The notes: generated by a model from the sequence alone, not told the origin. Shown: positions 8,685 to 17,509, counted from the stretch's first letter. The stretch is 54,767 nucleotides of DNA from an uncultured Desulfobacterales bacterium (GCA_964429315.1 CAYSBQ010000001.1:1-54767), one strand, 5' to 3'. A program made the numbers and translations.

Positions 8685-8896
8685 TGCGTATCTTCCTTTC
8701 GTAGCTGAAGCTGCTCGAGCATCGTTTCGTATCCCGGCTCCCCAAGGGTGGCAAGGAGGATCGCCCGAGCGGCCTGATGACGTGAGACCGGTTGCCACGC
8801 CATGCGCGGAGAGGACAGCTCCTTCGCAATCTCCATCAACCTATCGGCCGCCTGAACCGGAACCTTGAAGCTGATAACCGTGTCGTACCCTGCCAC
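8681..8896 (-). CDS. Ribbon-helix-helix (CopG/Arc-like) DNA-binding protein, GTG start
   Basis: ISFKVPVQAADRLMEIAKE...SRHQAARAILLATL fits a beta-strand/helix/helix pattern. It is the first gene after a 228-nt intergenic region containing GTATAC repeats. Confidence 0.55.
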   Translation of the reverse strand: MAGYDTVISFKVPVQAADRLMEIAKELSSPRMAWQPVSRHQAARAILLATLGEPGYETMLEQLQLRKEDTQ

Positions 8897-8898
8897 CT

Positions 8899-8931
8899 CA
8901 TAGATGTATACCAGGTATACGTGTATGTCAA
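8899..8931 (-). promoter_or_regulatory. Candidate promoter with overlapping operator-like GTATAC repeats
   Basis: The minus strand reads TTGACA-15 nt-TATACA just upstream of the RHH start. The spacer is short for sigma70. TGTATAC (8905-8911), GGTATAC (8914-8920) and GTGTATG (8921-8927) overlap it. Confidence 0.35.
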
Positions 8932-8975
8932 AAAAGCAGGGAGGCCCAGCGACTCTTCAAGAACCCGGACCTCCC
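8930..8975 (-). terminator. Candidate intrinsic terminator of the upstream minus-strand operon
   Basis: On the minus strand GGGAGGTCC (8975-8967) pairs with GGGCCTCCC (8947-8939), 9 bp with one G-U, followed by TGCTTTTTT. The 19-nt loop is large. Confidence 0.4.
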
Positions 8976-9124
8976 CTACAAGCCTCTCTGCCTGCATGTC
9001 GCCTTCCCGTTTGAAGAGCCGGGACTCTGAGGGCGCCACTGAGATTCAGGGGCAGGTCCACCATCTACCGGACGATCGGCAGAGACTTTGAGAGCTTGGC
9101 CCTCGAACTCTATTTTGGAATCCG

Positions 9125-9379
9125 CTAGGTAGGCTCACCGGTTACGGGGTCAATCCACTCAGATCTATCTGTATCCTGCTCCCTCGCCATGCTCGCAATC
9201 ATCATCGCACACATCGGGCACACGGTGCCGCGAAGGGAGAACATCCAACCTTGAATCTTGGCCTTGTACCCGGCACCAGTGACAATGTCGATCAGCTCGC
9301 GCTCGTACTCTTCCCCTTCAGGAGCGAATTCCCCGCAACATGAATCTGAGAAATCTGCCGTGCATTCAGATTGGTACAT
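9125..9379 (-). CDS. Small Cys-rich protein (84 aa)
   Basis: Trimmed to the ATG at 9379-9377 (MYQSECTADFSDSCCGEF...) because the upstream gene ends at 9381. The CC and CPMC pairs suggest metal binding. Confidence 0.55.
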   Translation of the reverse strand: MYQSECTADFSDSCCGEFAPEGEEYERELIDIVTGAGYKAKIQGWMFSLRGTVCPMCAMMIASMAREQDTDRSEWIDPVTGEPT

Positions 9380-9380
9380 T

Positions 9381-9863
9381 TTACTTCCTGAACTCAGCGA
9401 GATTGAATATAGACATTGCGTTATGTATCGCGGAATCCTTGACCAGGGACGAAGGAACGGACAGGCAGTATTCGGAATTGAATTTATCAAGGGCATCATC
9501 CGGGATACCTTCAAACCCACCGAACTTGTCGCACATCTCCTCGTGAGCCTCTGCGTGCCCATCGACTACGGGAATCCGAAGCGGCCCCATTTTATCTGGG
9601 GTGAGCATTGCGTATGTCAAACCAAGCAGTAAACCAAAGTCCAGATTGATAACCGGTATGTTACCCGTCGGAAGGAGTCGGGCTATTACAGGTGTAAGCA
9701 TAGCTTTAGCGAAGCCCTCCCTAGACCTGTAAGAAGACCTGGGTCCTTTGGGCCTCTCTTTTTCTCGGCCTTTATATTTAGCATCTTCCTTTTTCGATTT
9801 CTCCACCAGGGTTATGTACGCGTCGATACTTTCTTGAATATTGCCTCGCTCTTCTTTTGTCAT
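9381..9863 (-). CDS. Hypothetical protein (160 aa)
   Basis: Clean co-directional ORF with an ATGA-type overlap to the upstream gene. No family recognised. Confidence 0.65.
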   Translation of the reverse strand: MTKEERGNIQESIDAYITLVEKSKKEDAKYKGREKERPKGPRSSYRSREGFAKAMLTPVIARLLPTGNIPVINLDFGLLLGLTYAMLTPDKMGPLRIPVVDGHAEAHEEMCDKFGGFEGIPDDALDKFNSEYCLSVPSSLVKDSAIHNAMSIFNLAEFRK

Positions 9864-10327
9864 GATCTAGCTTCCCTCAGGGCGCGATAGATATCGTCGG
9901 TAAGCGAATCGCCCGTACCGACTTCCAGGACGTCATCGATACTCGGCGTCTCGGCATCGCGGATGAACTTGTAGAAGGGAATGGTCCCGACTTCCTCCTG
10001 ATCGACCATGACGAGTACACCTGTATCACCCTCGCGTACCGTCTCGAAAGCCCGGTCCATCTTGAATTTAACACGACCCTTGGTGCCGTTCTTTCTGGAA
10101 TACACGAGGGTGATCTCCTCATCCATTACCCGCACGGCCCGACTCCTATACATTCCGACGTGCTCGTTGACGAGGTCTATCGCTAACGCCGACCTTTGCT
10201 CTGGACCAGCAGGAAGCATCCTTTGCTGATTGACCGATAGGTAAAGCCTCTTCCCGAGATTCACCCCGGCGTATCCGACGCCGGCTACTATGAGCGCTAC
10301 GGTGATGGCGAGTAATGGCGTCGTCAT
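9860..10327 (-). CDS. N-terminally anchored membrane protein (155 aa)
   Basis: Trimmed to the ATG at 10327-10325 (MTTPLLAITVALIVAGVGYAGVNLGKR) because the amidase gene ends at 10339. Lies immediately downstream of the lysin, so it is a possible holin/spanin-type partner, though this is unproven. Confidence 0.55.
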   Translation of the reverse strand: MTTPLLAITVALIVAGVGYAGVNLGKRLYLSVNQQRMLPAGPEQRSALAIDLVNEHVGMYRSRAVRVMDEEITLVYSRKNGTKGRVKFKMDRAFETVREGDTGVLVMVDQEEVGTIPFYKFIRDAETPSIDDVLEVGTGDSLTDDIYRALREARS

Positions 10328-10338
10328 AGGTATGTCTT

Positions 10339-11403
10339 CTATCTCTCGTGCAAGGGCTTCGAGTTCAGCTCGATGCAGTGCTCGAGCAGGTAGCGCCCGT
10401 CGGCATGGCTGGCGAAGTCTCGGTGACAGACAATTCCCGGCCCAGTCTTCGCACCATCCTTCCACCCTTCGATCCTCGTATTACGAGAATTCAATTCCGC
10501 CGTTGGGAACTCGAGCGGTAGCCCTGGGATGACCTCAGACAGAAACTTCACCAAGGGGAAGATGGCTCGCATCTGAGCCGGCGTGGGCAGCGTGTAGACG
10601 CGCTCGCGCCCCTTCGGTTTCCAGCACCACCACGGGCCCTTGATGGTCTCCGTGAATGGAGAGGCGGCGTACCCAGGGTTGTACGGGTTCACGACCTCAA
10701 GCCCGATCGAGTCATCGTTCATCTGGTTCCCGTGAACCAGGCGATGGTGAATCAAATCCGCATGACAGGAAATGTGGCCGTCAGGGCACAGGTTCAGATG
10801 GATGCCGTAGTCCCAACCCTTACCGCCGTTGTTGCCTTTTGCCGCAGACTTCTTTCGCTTCGAATCTAGGATTCGGTTCGTTTGGGCCGCGGACATCGTC
10901 ACCGATTCGTGGATGACGAATACAGAGACACTCTTGCGATCTCTGTATTGTCCGAACCGATGCTCGTCATCGTCTTCGTAATTCGAAGCGGTGATACCGA
11001 GGTCGGTCATTTCATCGGGCAGGTGAACTGACTTACCGCCGATGATGAGGCGATTCGAAACTCCAGTCCTTGCGGGAGCGAAGTGCTGGTCAGCCGACTT
11101 CGGGAAGGCGATCGTTCCCTCCTTAGCCTCGAAGTCATGTCCAGCCTCGCTCTCCGGCGCCGCAGGCTTGGCCGTCTTCATGATGGCTAAGGTTGCGGGC
11201 CCGAGGTACCCGTCCGGCTTGAGGCCGTGGATCTGCTGAAATGCAGCAACTACGAAAGCGAACCCTTGCGAATCTGACTTGCAGATAAATCCCATTGTGG
11301 GGACCTGCATTGAAAGCGGCCATGGCAGCTCTGCCTGATTCCAAAGCTTCCCAGCTTTCTTTTTGTTGTAGTTGATTGCTCCGGTGAGATTGATTCCCTG
11401 CAT
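10339..11403 (-). CDS. Peptidoglycan-binding domain + N-acetylmuramoyl-L-alanine amidase (amidase_2/PGRP-type) lysin
   Basis: Trimmed to the ATG at 11403-11401. AAFQQIHGLKPDGYLGPATLAIMK is a PG_binding_1 motif. VFVIHES..., GIHLNLCPDGHISCHADL, NDDSIGLEVVN and CHRDFASHAD fit the amidase_2 zinc-site layout. Confidence 0.75.
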   Translation of the reverse strand: MQGINLTGAINYNKKKAGKLWNQAELPWPLSMQVPTMGFICKSDSQGFAFVVAAFQQIHGLKPDGYLGPATLAIMKTAKPAAPESEAGHDFEAKEGTIAFPKSADQHFAPARTGVSNRLIIGGKSVHLPDEMTDLGITASNYEDDDEHRFGQYRDRKSVSVFVIHESVTMSAAQTNRILDSKRKKSAAKGNNGGKGWDYGIHLNLCPDGHISCHADLIHHRLVHGNQMNDDSIGLEVVNPYNPGYAASPFTETIKGPWWCWKPKGRERVYTLPTPAQMRAIFPLVKFLSEVIPGLPLEFPTAELNSRNTRIEGWKDGAKTGPGIVCHRDFASHADGRYLLEHCIELNSKPLHER

Positions 11404-11415
11404 GATTGACCTGAA

Positions 11416-11443
11416 CGAAAAACCCGGCCTGAGCCGGGTTTTG
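11416..11443 (-). terminator. Intrinsic terminator after the H1-like gene
   Basis: The minus strand reads AAACCCGGC-TCAG-GCCGGGTTTTT, a perfect 9-bp stem with a 4-nt loop and a T-run. An A-run on the other side makes it potentially bidirectional. Confidence 0.65.
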
Positions 11444-11458
11444 GTTTGGAGTGATAGT

Positions 11459-12022
11459 CTAAGTCCAGCGAACCCTGGATGCCAGGTCCGCGATGGCCGT
11501 GTCGAGCGAGACCCCCGTGGCCGCTGAGGCTCTGTATGCAAGCAGGTAGTCGAGCACGACCGCTTCGCTGCCGGGCTCGATGTTCACTGCGGGGGGTGCG
11601 GCTGACGCCTTCTTCTCCCCCTTGCCCTTGGCGGCCTTCTTGGGAGCCTTGGCCTTCTTTGCAGCCTTCTTCTTAGTCGTCTTCTTCCCGGGCTTCAGGG
11701 GGGCCTTCTTCTTGGTTGTCTTGGCCGTCTTGACCTTCTTCTTCGAAGTCGACTTCGTCTTAGCCTTGGCGCCCTTCTTCGCGGCTCGAGCCTGAGCCTT
11801 GGCCTCTTTGGCTTTGGCGGCTTCCTTGTTCATCTTCGCGCGAGTCTTCTCGGTGATCTCCCCGGCCTGAGACGGACTCAGAAGGTATTGAGAGAGCGTG
11901 GCCCTCCAACCGTTGGCCTCGTAGAACTCGCAGATTTCCTTGTGGTATTCGCGGAGTTCGGACTTGGGCATTCCACCCGTGTCTCGTGCTCCTACGCCTT
12001 TTCCAGTCTTGTTTTTCGCCAT
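11459..12022 (-). CDS. Histone H1/AlgP-like Lys/Ala-rich DNA-binding protein
   Basis: The central ~85 aa are KAKEAKAQARAAKKGAKAKTKSTSKKKVKTAKTTKKKAPLKPGKKTTKKKAAKKAKAPKKAAKGKGEKK, flanked by globular-looking N- and C-terminal segments. Confidence 0.7.
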   Translation of the reverse strand: MAKNKTGKGVGARDTGGMPKSELREYHKEICEFYEANGWRATLSQYLLSPSQAGEITEKTRAKMNKEAAKAKEAKAQARAAKKGAKAKTKSTSKKKVKTAKTTKKKAPLKPGKKTTKKKAAKKAKAPKKAAKGKGEKKASAAPPAVNIEPGSEAVVLDYLLAYRASAATGVSLDTAIADLASRVRWT

Positions 12023-12043
12023 GTTGTTTCCTGGTTTGATTCT

Positions 12044-12727
12044 TCAAGTGGCGGGCAGTGCCATTTGTATACCAGGAAGCTCTACCTGGGCAAGTTTTTC
12101 TTTGGCCGCGTCAAACGTCTTCACGGAGGACGTATATCCAACGTATCTGATGCCGCGCCTTCGGGTCCATAAGGCCATCTGACTGGATTTATGCATGAAC
12201 GGTTCGACGACTCTCCGGGTCTCGTATTGGAGACCCCTGCGAGGGCTTTCGAGAATGTCGTCCAAAAGAAATCTCATCGCATGCGAAGAGCCGGGGCCAC
12301 GTCGGCCGCGCTCGTCGAGTAGCACCTTCGAGTCGAAGTCGAGCAGAGATGGACCCTTGGAGTAAACGTAACCGATGTTCATTCCGCTCTTATCGCCTGA
12401 CACGATGTTTGCTTGAGCCATCCATCCACCCGTATCGCCGAGTAGATCTACCTCCGTCTGGTGAAGCTCGCGCAGCGGGAGCCATAGGACGAGGTGGCCG
12501 CCTGACTGGGTGTAGTCAAAGGAGCGCTTGAGGAGGCCGTTGATGTCCTTAGGTTGGAGTATAGAGCCCGGAGACCCCGGCCACCTTGGCGGAGAGATAT
12601 TCCAAAGCGACACCTTCATGTTCATTTTATTGAACCTTTTGAAGGAGAACTTTCTGTTGTTGATAACTGTGAATTTTTTATCACTACTATCAACTGCGTT
12701 CGGCAGCATGAACTTCTTCTTGCTCAC
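12044..12727 (-). CDS. Divergent N4/N6 DNA methyltransferase-like protein (motifs degenerate)
   Basis: The order of elements matches beta-class MTases: NISPPRW (where D/SPPY is expected), GGHLVLW, then VVEPFMHKSSQ...RRRGIRYVGYTSSVKTFDAAKEKL (where VLDPFxGSGTT...GRxxIGxE...Y..A..R is expected). The glycine-rich AdoMet loop is missing. Confidence 0.4.
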   Translation of the reverse strand: MSKKKFMLPNAVDSSDKKFTVINNRKFSFKRFNKMNMKVSLWNISPPRWPGSPGSILQPKDINGLLKRSFDYTQSGGHLVLWLPLRELHQTEVDLLGDTGGWMAQANIVSGDKSGMNIGYVYSKGPSLLDFDSKVLLDERGRRGPGSSHAMRFLLDDILESPRRGLQYETRRVVEPFMHKSSQMALWTRRRGIRYVGYTSSVKTFDAAKEKLAQVELPGIQMALPAT

Positions 12728-12993
12728 AACAGCGAATCCTCGTCGATGTCTATGAAGAATACGGTCTCAGAGTAAGGCCAGCCTGTCTCGGCATCGAACT
12801 CTTTGAGCCTCAGATACATCGCTTTGTATTTGAGGCGCCACTCCAAGGTTGTACCTCTTACACCCTTGACCGAGAGTATCACCCCGTACTCCGCTAGTTT
12901 GCGCACAAGCTCTTGAGACTGCTTGGGTGATCTAAACTCATGTGCAGCCTCCTCAGCCGCTCGCATTCTCATTTCCTCTGGACTCTTCACCAA
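12724..12993 (-). CDS. Hypothetical protein (89 aa)
   Basis: Co-directional ORF with 4-7 nt overlaps at both ends. No family recognised. Confidence 0.6.
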   Translation of the reverse strand: MVKSPEEMRMRAAEEAAHEFRSPKQSQELVRKLAEYGVILSVKGVRGTTLEWRLKYKAMYLRLKEFDAETGWPYSETVFFIDIDEDSLL

Positions 12994-13418
12994 TCACCCC
13001 TTTGAATTCTATACACCCAGCTCTCGGAACAGTTATTCCTTTGGGCGATATCCTTTTTACTATAGCCCAATTTTAGGTCACTCAAAATCCCCTCCTTGCT
13101 GACCATCCTCGGACGATGCGGACGGCGGGCTACACCTTCAGCGCAAAGCCATTTCGAAAGCGTAGCAGGGTATACCCCGTGCTTCACAGCAACCTTCTTC
13201 ATGCTTATCTCTGGGTGCGCCACGTAAAACTCAATCGCCTTAGCCCGCGTATCCTTCGCGTGATCTATTCGGGAGTGGGTATCGACTCCAGCCTTCAGGA
13301 TCCACTTCCTCGCTGTGGAAGGCGCGCATCCGATAACCTGGGATATCTTTAGATACCCCCACCCCTTGCGGTGCAGTCGTACAGCCGCATTCCGATCGAC
13401 TTCGGTGTAATCGGTCAT
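12987..13418 (-). CDS. Double helix-turn-helix DNA-binding protein
   Basis: Two HTH-like segments, GWGYLKISQVIGCAPSTARKWI and SMKKVAVKHGVYPATLSKWL, plus a third (KKDIAQRNNCSESWVYR). Resembles transposase/terminase-small-type HTH arrays, but function is not assignable. Confidence 0.55.
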   Translation of the reverse strand: MTDYTEVDRNAAVRLHRKGWGYLKISQVIGCAPSTARKWILKAGVDTHSRIDHAKDTRAKAIEFYVAHPEISMKKVAVKHGVYPATLSKWLCAEGVARRPHRPRMVSKEGILSDLKLGYSKKDIAQRNNCSESWVYRIQRGDW

Positions 13419-14032
13419 GCGCCCTCGCGCTCTCTTTCTTCACGCTCTTCCATCATTCGAATGACGGTCACCAGCGCCAACGCGCTTGTCTCTGCATCAT
13501 ATACTGGGTGGTGAATCGATTTGATGGGTGGGTCTTGGGGTGGCCATTTTATCAAATCCATTGCAAGCTTCACCCGCTTTTCATTGGGGTCTAACCCGGC
13601 GCCCGCGAGCACTGAGGCAAGGTCGAGTAAGGGATATGGGCTGAACACTTCCTCGATGTGCATGTCCATCGTACCGTTTCTGCGAGAAGCATAGTAAATG
13701 GCATCGTACAAGAACTTGCAGTCTACAGGGAATCCTGTATCCACCAATACGATTGCACTTTCATTTTTCCCCATCATCTTGCATAACCAGGATACGAAAT
13801 CGGCCTGCATTTTTAGAAGGCTGTCATGGGTCTCTGCTACTTCTTCTAACGCCGGGATGACGTGTTCTAGAACCCATTCATCTTCAACTTGGTCAAGCGG
13901 ACATCTGGCCAAGAACTCATTGATGACCCTCCCGCCCCAATCCATCTCGACGGCGCCTACGCAAAACGGCTGACCGTACAGGCCGTTGGATTCCACATCG
14001 ATGGATATGATGTTTCTTTTACTCAGATACAT
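13415..14032 (-). CDS. DEDDh-type 3'-5' exonuclease (DnaQ-like fold)
   Basis: ISIDVESNG (Exo I, DxE), VLVDTGFPVDCKFL (Exo II) and HHPVYDAETSA (Exo III, Hx4D). Start placed at the ATG 14032-14030; the track start at 14074 has no SD. Confidence 0.65.
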   Translation of the reverse strand: MYLSKRNIISIDVESNGLYGQPFCVGAVEMDWGGRVINEFLARCPLDQVEDEWVLEHVIPALEEVAETHDSLLKMQADFVSWLCKMMGKNESAIVLVDTGFPVDCKFLYDAIYYASRRNGTMDMHIEEVFSPYPLLDLASVLAGAGLDPNEKRVKLAMDLIKWPPQDPPIKSIHHPVYDAETSALALVTVIRMMEEREEREREGA

Positions 14033-14120
14033 GGCGCCCCTGCAACGCGAATGGTGCGAATGTCGGATATCCATTCATGCTGTTCATCTATCGTGAGCGA
14101 CCTATCAGATACGGTGATCA

Positions 14121-14744
14121 TCACTCCGTCGAATCTTCAGATGGGGCACGAACGGTGATATGTTTACTACGCTGAGAGCGCAGTCTAGACTTTATTCTTT
14201 CGCTTACTGTTATTTTATACGTACACTCTGATTCGCCTGACTCTTTGAGATCGTCGTTCATCACCGCCAACAATCCTGCGGATACGTATTTTCCAAGAAC
14301 GACAGATGATGACAGACGTCCTGATAGTGACTCGGTGAATACCTTCTTGTACTGGCACCCTCCCACCATGCGGTATAGTTCTATATCCGAGAATGGATAA
14401 TTCTCGACAATGAAAGAGTAAATCTTACTCTCAATAGATTGTGACTCCGGCAAATGAATCCACCACTTCACCGCATCATCAGGGACGCTCGAGTAGCCCC
14501 AGAAGGTGTCGCCCTCCTCGGTAGGGACCGCGGGGATCCTGTTGCCTATTTTATCACCCCTCTCCCCTAGCTCCACACCCTGTTCTATCTCAGAGCATAG
14601 TTTACAAGTCAGGGATTGCGCGCTGACGAACGTATTCCACCTCCTCCACAGCCGGATACCTGACGCTCCGCACCCGCCGCATTTGTAGACGATTACGCCT
14701 TCAGCCGTTTCCTCAAGCGGTTTTATTTCCATCTTCAATTCCAT
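14121..14744 (-). CDS. Hypothetical zinc-ribbon-containing protein (207 aa)
   Basis: YKCGGCGASG...TCKLCSE are paired CxxC motifs near the N-terminus. Clean ORF. Confidence 0.6.
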   Translation of the reverse strand: MELKMEIKPLEETAEGVIVYKCGGCGASGIRLWRRWNTFVSAQSLTCKLCSEIEQGVELGERGDKIGNRIPAVPTEEGDTFWGYSSVPDDAVKWWIHLPESQSIESKIYSFIVENYPFSDIELYRMVGGCQYKKVFTESLSGRLSSSVVLGKYVSAGLLAVMNDDLKESGESECTYKITVSERIKSRLRSQRSKHITVRAPSEDSTE

Positions 14745-15012
14745 TTTGAACCCTCCCTTTGATCTTGTTCAGCAATTCCCCAAGTCTCTTTGAGTCTCCA
14801 TTCGCAAACGCTCGACTAGCCTCGAGCGCGTCACAGACAAGGAGATCGTATTCCTTGATAATCGAATTGGATTCATCGAGCGCTGAACCGAGTAGGGTCA
14901 CCGTTCTTTCGAGCATTATCACCTTATCCGAATCTCTCATCCACCGCGCACAGTAAAGTCCAAGCAGGAAGAACGCGAGCGAAGACAGTACTACGAAAGA
15001 CATGTCAGTCAT
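14713..15012 (-). CDS. Small N-terminally anchored membrane protein (99 aa)
   Basis: MTDMSFVVLSSLAFFLLGLYCARW is a hydrophobic helix. ATGA overlap with the upstream gene. Confidence 0.55.
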   Translation of the reverse strand: MTDMSFVVLSSLAFFLLGLYCARWMRDSDKVIMLERTVTLLGSALDESNSIIKEYDLLVCDALEASRAFANGDSKRLGELLNKIKGRVQNGIEDGNKTA

Positions 15013-15710
15013 GAGACATCCTCTGCATAATTGATGGCCGCCAACCTTGCGTCGTCGAGCGTCCTGATATACTCGGTGCCGTTTTCCTGCGGCGGAGTCC
15101 TAGGCGAATCGAAGGACTCTTCGTATATCATGTCTCCGATACCGAAACCTGCAATCGCTCTATGTGACCATCCGTACCATTTTCTTTCGCGGATACAAAA
15201 GCCTATCGTGCAAACAGAATTACCTGGCTTGGACACCTCTGGATCGATACCCATTTTGTCACAAAGCATTTCGGCAGCGCTCACCTCTCCGATGTAGTCA
15301 CCGGATTTGTTCTGGGCACCTTTCATTGAGAAAGAGTTCGGATTGTGCAGGTCTTCGAAAAGAACGATGTTGTACAACTTCTTTTTCTCGAGGACCGTTA
15401 CTTTGTATGCCCCATCCTGTAGGCTGGCACTGAATACCCTGCACACCTCGTGAAGAACGCCGCTCGTCTTCCATCTCAAGCTGATATTATAATCAACTTC
15501 ATCTTCATCCCTACCAAGGAAGTCGCAATCGATTACGCCTAGGCAATAACCGTGCGCATAGTCAGCGCTCAGTAATTCAGAAGTCGCAATGATGTATGCC
15601 GAGTCGCCGCCGCGTTTCATTCTGGATACACGAACTGATTCACCTTTGAACCCAGGGTGTATCTTACCGGCGATCCATCCGGCTATTTGTTTTCTTTCAT
15701 CTACTTTCAT
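15009..15710 (-). CDS. Hypothetical protein (233 aa)
   Basis: Clean ORF with 4-nt overlaps at both ends. No family recognised. Confidence 0.65.
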   Translation of the reverse strand: MKVDERKQIAGWIAGKIHPGFKGESVRVSRMKRGGDSAYIIATSELLSADYAHGYCLGVIDCDFLGRDEDEVDYNISLRWKTSGVLHEVCRVFSASLQDGAYKVTVLEKKKLYNIVLFEDLHNPNSFSMKGAQNKSGDYIGEVSAAEMLCDKMGIDPEVSKPGNSVCTIGFCIRERKWYGWSHRAIAGFGIGDMIYEESFDSPRTPPQENGTEYIRTLDDARLAAINYAEDVS

Positions 15711-16561
15711 CTTTTATCCTTATATATCTGGCACCAGTCGCATTTACCCTCACCTCCGCATCTGCATTTACCTGATGGGTGAAGTATGTCATTTTGCTGC
15801 TGGGGCGTTGGGGAGTTTAGACCCTTGCTGGTAAAGGTCAACCCGCAGGGGCCAGAGCATAGATCCATCTCAGTCCTGGCCGCCTCGAGTAAGGCTCGCA
15901 GGTCGCCACACTCCTTCTCGGCCTTCTCCGCTCTGTCGGTCAGCTTGTTGATTACGCTCATAAGGTAGGCGCTCTCGCCGTCACCCCCTCCGTCGCGGTT
16001 GGCCCTTCCGTATTCTAGACCTTCAATAGCCATCCTTAACCCTTCTGCGATGTCTTGCTCTACAGCCCCATGCGTCAGCTTTGGATCGGATGGGGCGTTG
16101 TAGTAGGTGGATGCCTTTTCTTTAACGTGGTCTATGAACTCTCTTGGCGGCCTCACGCCGTGACGCTTTACGTAATGAGAAAACCCTGACGGCCAGATAA
16201 ACTTATCGTCACCGATGCATGTTGAACCATTCCTGTTCCCGCAAATCCTGCAGTTCGAGTAACCTCTCCACTTGATAGCTATCTTAGGGCCATAGTTTCC
16301 TTCCGACCTAGAATCGAGATAGCTGACTACCATCTTTCTTTCTTTCTCGTCCCACTTCTCGTCTACGAAGTTTGTAGGGTGCTGAAGCGGCACACCTCTC
16401 ATAAGGGATGAAACCATCTCAATGACGAAGCTCGTTCCACCCATCCCTTCCTTTATATTGTTCCAGTACCCGATGGCAATTCGCCTCTCGCTTGGTCTGT
16501 TGGGGTGGCTCACCACAATCATGTGGCGGTGAGGATCTAGTTCATTTAGAGGGTTTTTCAT
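15707..16561 (-). CDS. Hypothetical Cys-rich protein (284 aa)
   Basis: NCRICGNRNGSTC and a C-terminal CSGPCG...CRCGGEGKCDWC cluster. No family recognised. Confidence 0.65.
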   Translation of the reverse strand: MKNPLNELDPHRHMIVVSHPNRPSERRIAIGYWNNIKEGMGGTSFVIEMVSSLMRGVPLQHPTNFVDEKWDEKERKMVVSYLDSRSEGNYGPKIAIKWRGYSNCRICGNRNGSTCIGDDKFIWPSGFSHYVKRHGVRPPREFIDHVKEKASTYYNAPSDPKLTHGAVEQDIAEGLRMAIEGLEYGRANRDGGGDGESAYLMSVINKLTDRAEKAEKECGDLRALLEAARTEMDLCSGPCGLTFTSKGLNSPTPQQQNDILHPSGKCRCGGEGKCDWCQIYKDKR

Positions 16562-16874
16562 TTTCGCCTTCTTTCTTGAATTCCATCACGGCCTCGAACA
16601 TGTGAACCTCGAGGTGAGTCGGTGCCCTGCTACCTGTGTCGTATTCGTAGAACACGGTCTCGCCGCCGTAGTAATCTACGTCGTTCCAGGCTACCCTCTC
16701 TTCTCCCATGAACTCCTCGAACTTTATCGTGATGATGTAATCCGATGAATTCTCGTCTTTGTGTATCCTTAGAACCGAGTAGGCCTTCTTCCTTTGACCC
16801 TTCCGCCTCCACACGTAATATATGATGGACGGAATCAGGATAAAAATGACGGTGATGAGCAGCAAGTCAGCCAT
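16542..16874 (-). CDS. N-terminally anchored membrane protein (110 aa)
   Basis: MADLLLITVIFILIPSIIYYVWRRKGQRKK is a hydrophobic helix followed by a basic cluster. Confidence 0.6.
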   Translation of the reverse strand: MADLLLITVIFILIPSIIYYVWRRKGQRKKAYSVLRIHKDENSSDYIITIKFEEFMGEERVAWNDVDYYGGETVFYEYDTGSRAPTHLEVHMFEAVMEFKKEGENEKPSK

Positions 16875-17235
16875 CGTCCTTCACCCTCCTGCTCGGATTC
16901 GCCTCAAGGAATTCTTGGGTCACCCAAAGTCCATGTGTGCATTTCTCGTATCCGTTTTCGATGGCGATTCGTTCGAGTTCATGTGTCAGGCCGTCCATGC
17001 CGCTCTTCTTTTGGCCATTGCTGTAGCACCCCATATATCGAAGGAGTGCCTCTTTCCACATATCCGGAAGCTCCGGAATGACTGGCAGCGGACTGTTGCA
17101 AGATGAGCATCTGTTCTTGTTCTTGCACCTCGCGCAAAGCGTATTCGAGCTGCGCTCTTGGTGGTGCTCGACGAGCTTCTCGAGCGCGTCTGCTATCCGC
17201 TCTTCTGGTGTTGTTATTCTTATATTCAGCTTCAT
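16867..17235 (-). CDS. Hypothetical protein (122 aa) with a CxxC...CxxC cluster
   Basis: CARCKNKNRCSSC. Co-directional and tightly packed. Confidence 0.6.
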   Translation of the reverse strand: MKLNIRITTPEERIADALEKLVEHHQERSSNTLCARCKNKNRCSSCNSPLPVIPELPDMWKEALLRYMGCYSNGQKKSGMDGLTHELERIAIENGYEKCTHGLWVTQEFLEANPSRRVKDDG

Positions 17236-17236
17236 T

Positions 17237-17509
17237 TCAAACCCCGTTCGGATTATCCTTTTCCATATTCATGGCAACGTCTTCCGCCTCTCTGAGTAGC
17301 CGGGATTGCTCGTCGTTGTTTTTCTCCGAAGATAGAAGATGGCCCTCGACCTTGACCTCGTCGCTTCTCCATACTGTCTTGAACTTCCTTCTGCCGAACC
17401 TTCTTCTTGGCCCGTAATAAGTGACAATGGAATACCAGGCTACAGGCCTGTCGCTCTCACGGCGAGCTGTGACGGCCGCGTGGTATCCTGGATTTGGATC
17501 CCACGCCAT
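17237..17509 (-). CDS. Hypothetical protein (90 aa)
   Basis: Its start overlaps the upstream stop by 1 nt (TAATG). No family recognised. Confidence 0.55.
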   Translation of the reverse strand: MAWDPNPGYHAAVTARRESDRPVAWYSIVTYYGPRRRFGRRKFKTVWRSDEVKVEGHLLSSEKNNDEQSRLLREAEDVAMNMEKDNPNGV

